A stretch of DNA of 61,913 bases, the filler included, from Globobulimina sp. (Eukaryota): the NCBI GenBank assembly GCA_003354225.1. It is 29 parts of 29 records of this genome, joined end to end, with 100 filler letters (N's around TTAATTAATTAA, not from the genome) between each part and the next. Parts side by side here need not be neighbours in the genome. Positions count along the whole stretch, not along the records: positions 59,877 to 61,913 come from PIVH01009539.1; 28 more parts are not named here. The stretch is one strand, 5' to 3'. Position numbers and translations under genes: made by a program. Shown in pieces: positions 61,821 to 61,913 of this stretch. Each line of letters opens with the position of its first letter. Positions within the stretch are counted from its first letter, which is position 1. The notes under the pieces were generated by a model. It was not told the DNA's origin. It did not search any database and saw only the letters and a list, made by a program, of their open reading frames with translations.

Positions 61821-61913
61821 TTAAATGATTTAATATAATTTAATAATTTAATATGATTTAACAGATTTAATATGTTTTAATATTGATTTAATATGATTTA
61901 ATTAAACAATTTA

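Overview
This window is not one locus. It is 29 unrelated contigs of about 2.04 kb (2040 down to 2037 bp, length-sorted), each pair joined by a 100-nt artificial linker (N44-TTAATTAATTAA-N44, a stop in all six frames), so synteny is meaningful only within a contig. Most contigs come from an AT-rich eukaryote that uses the standard code and has short GT-AG introns (mostly about 55-110 nt). Recognisable genes include IFT74, SIN1, class I PI3K, a CDK, a GH38 mannosidase, HSPA12-like Hsp70, VIT-vWA, TTC4, cathepsin L, a sulfatase and an ADCY10-like cyclase. The style suggests a flagellum-capable marine protist, plausibly a foraminifer or other rhizarian (inference only). One contig (34223-36260) is bacterial and two appear to be eukaryote-bacterium chimeras. 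Mobile DNA includes a Bel/Pao LTR element, a LINE reverse transcriptase (RT), a Gag-like CCCH ORF and five small inverted-repeat elements. The best leads are: (1) a phage/bacterial-type soluble ABC ATPase plus GNAT (Mom-like) module next to a eukaryotic C-type lectin gene; (2) a 2H-phosphoesterase-like + zinc knuckle + YacP/Rae1 NYN nuclease fusion; (3) a terminally redundant 1919-bp unit carrying exactly one 2OG-Fe(II) oxygenase-like gene; (4) a GH38 mannosidase with inserted tandem H-type lectin-like domains; (5) a LINE RT with an insertion of about 110 aa inside the RT domain. All family calls come from motif recognition by eye, not from database searches.
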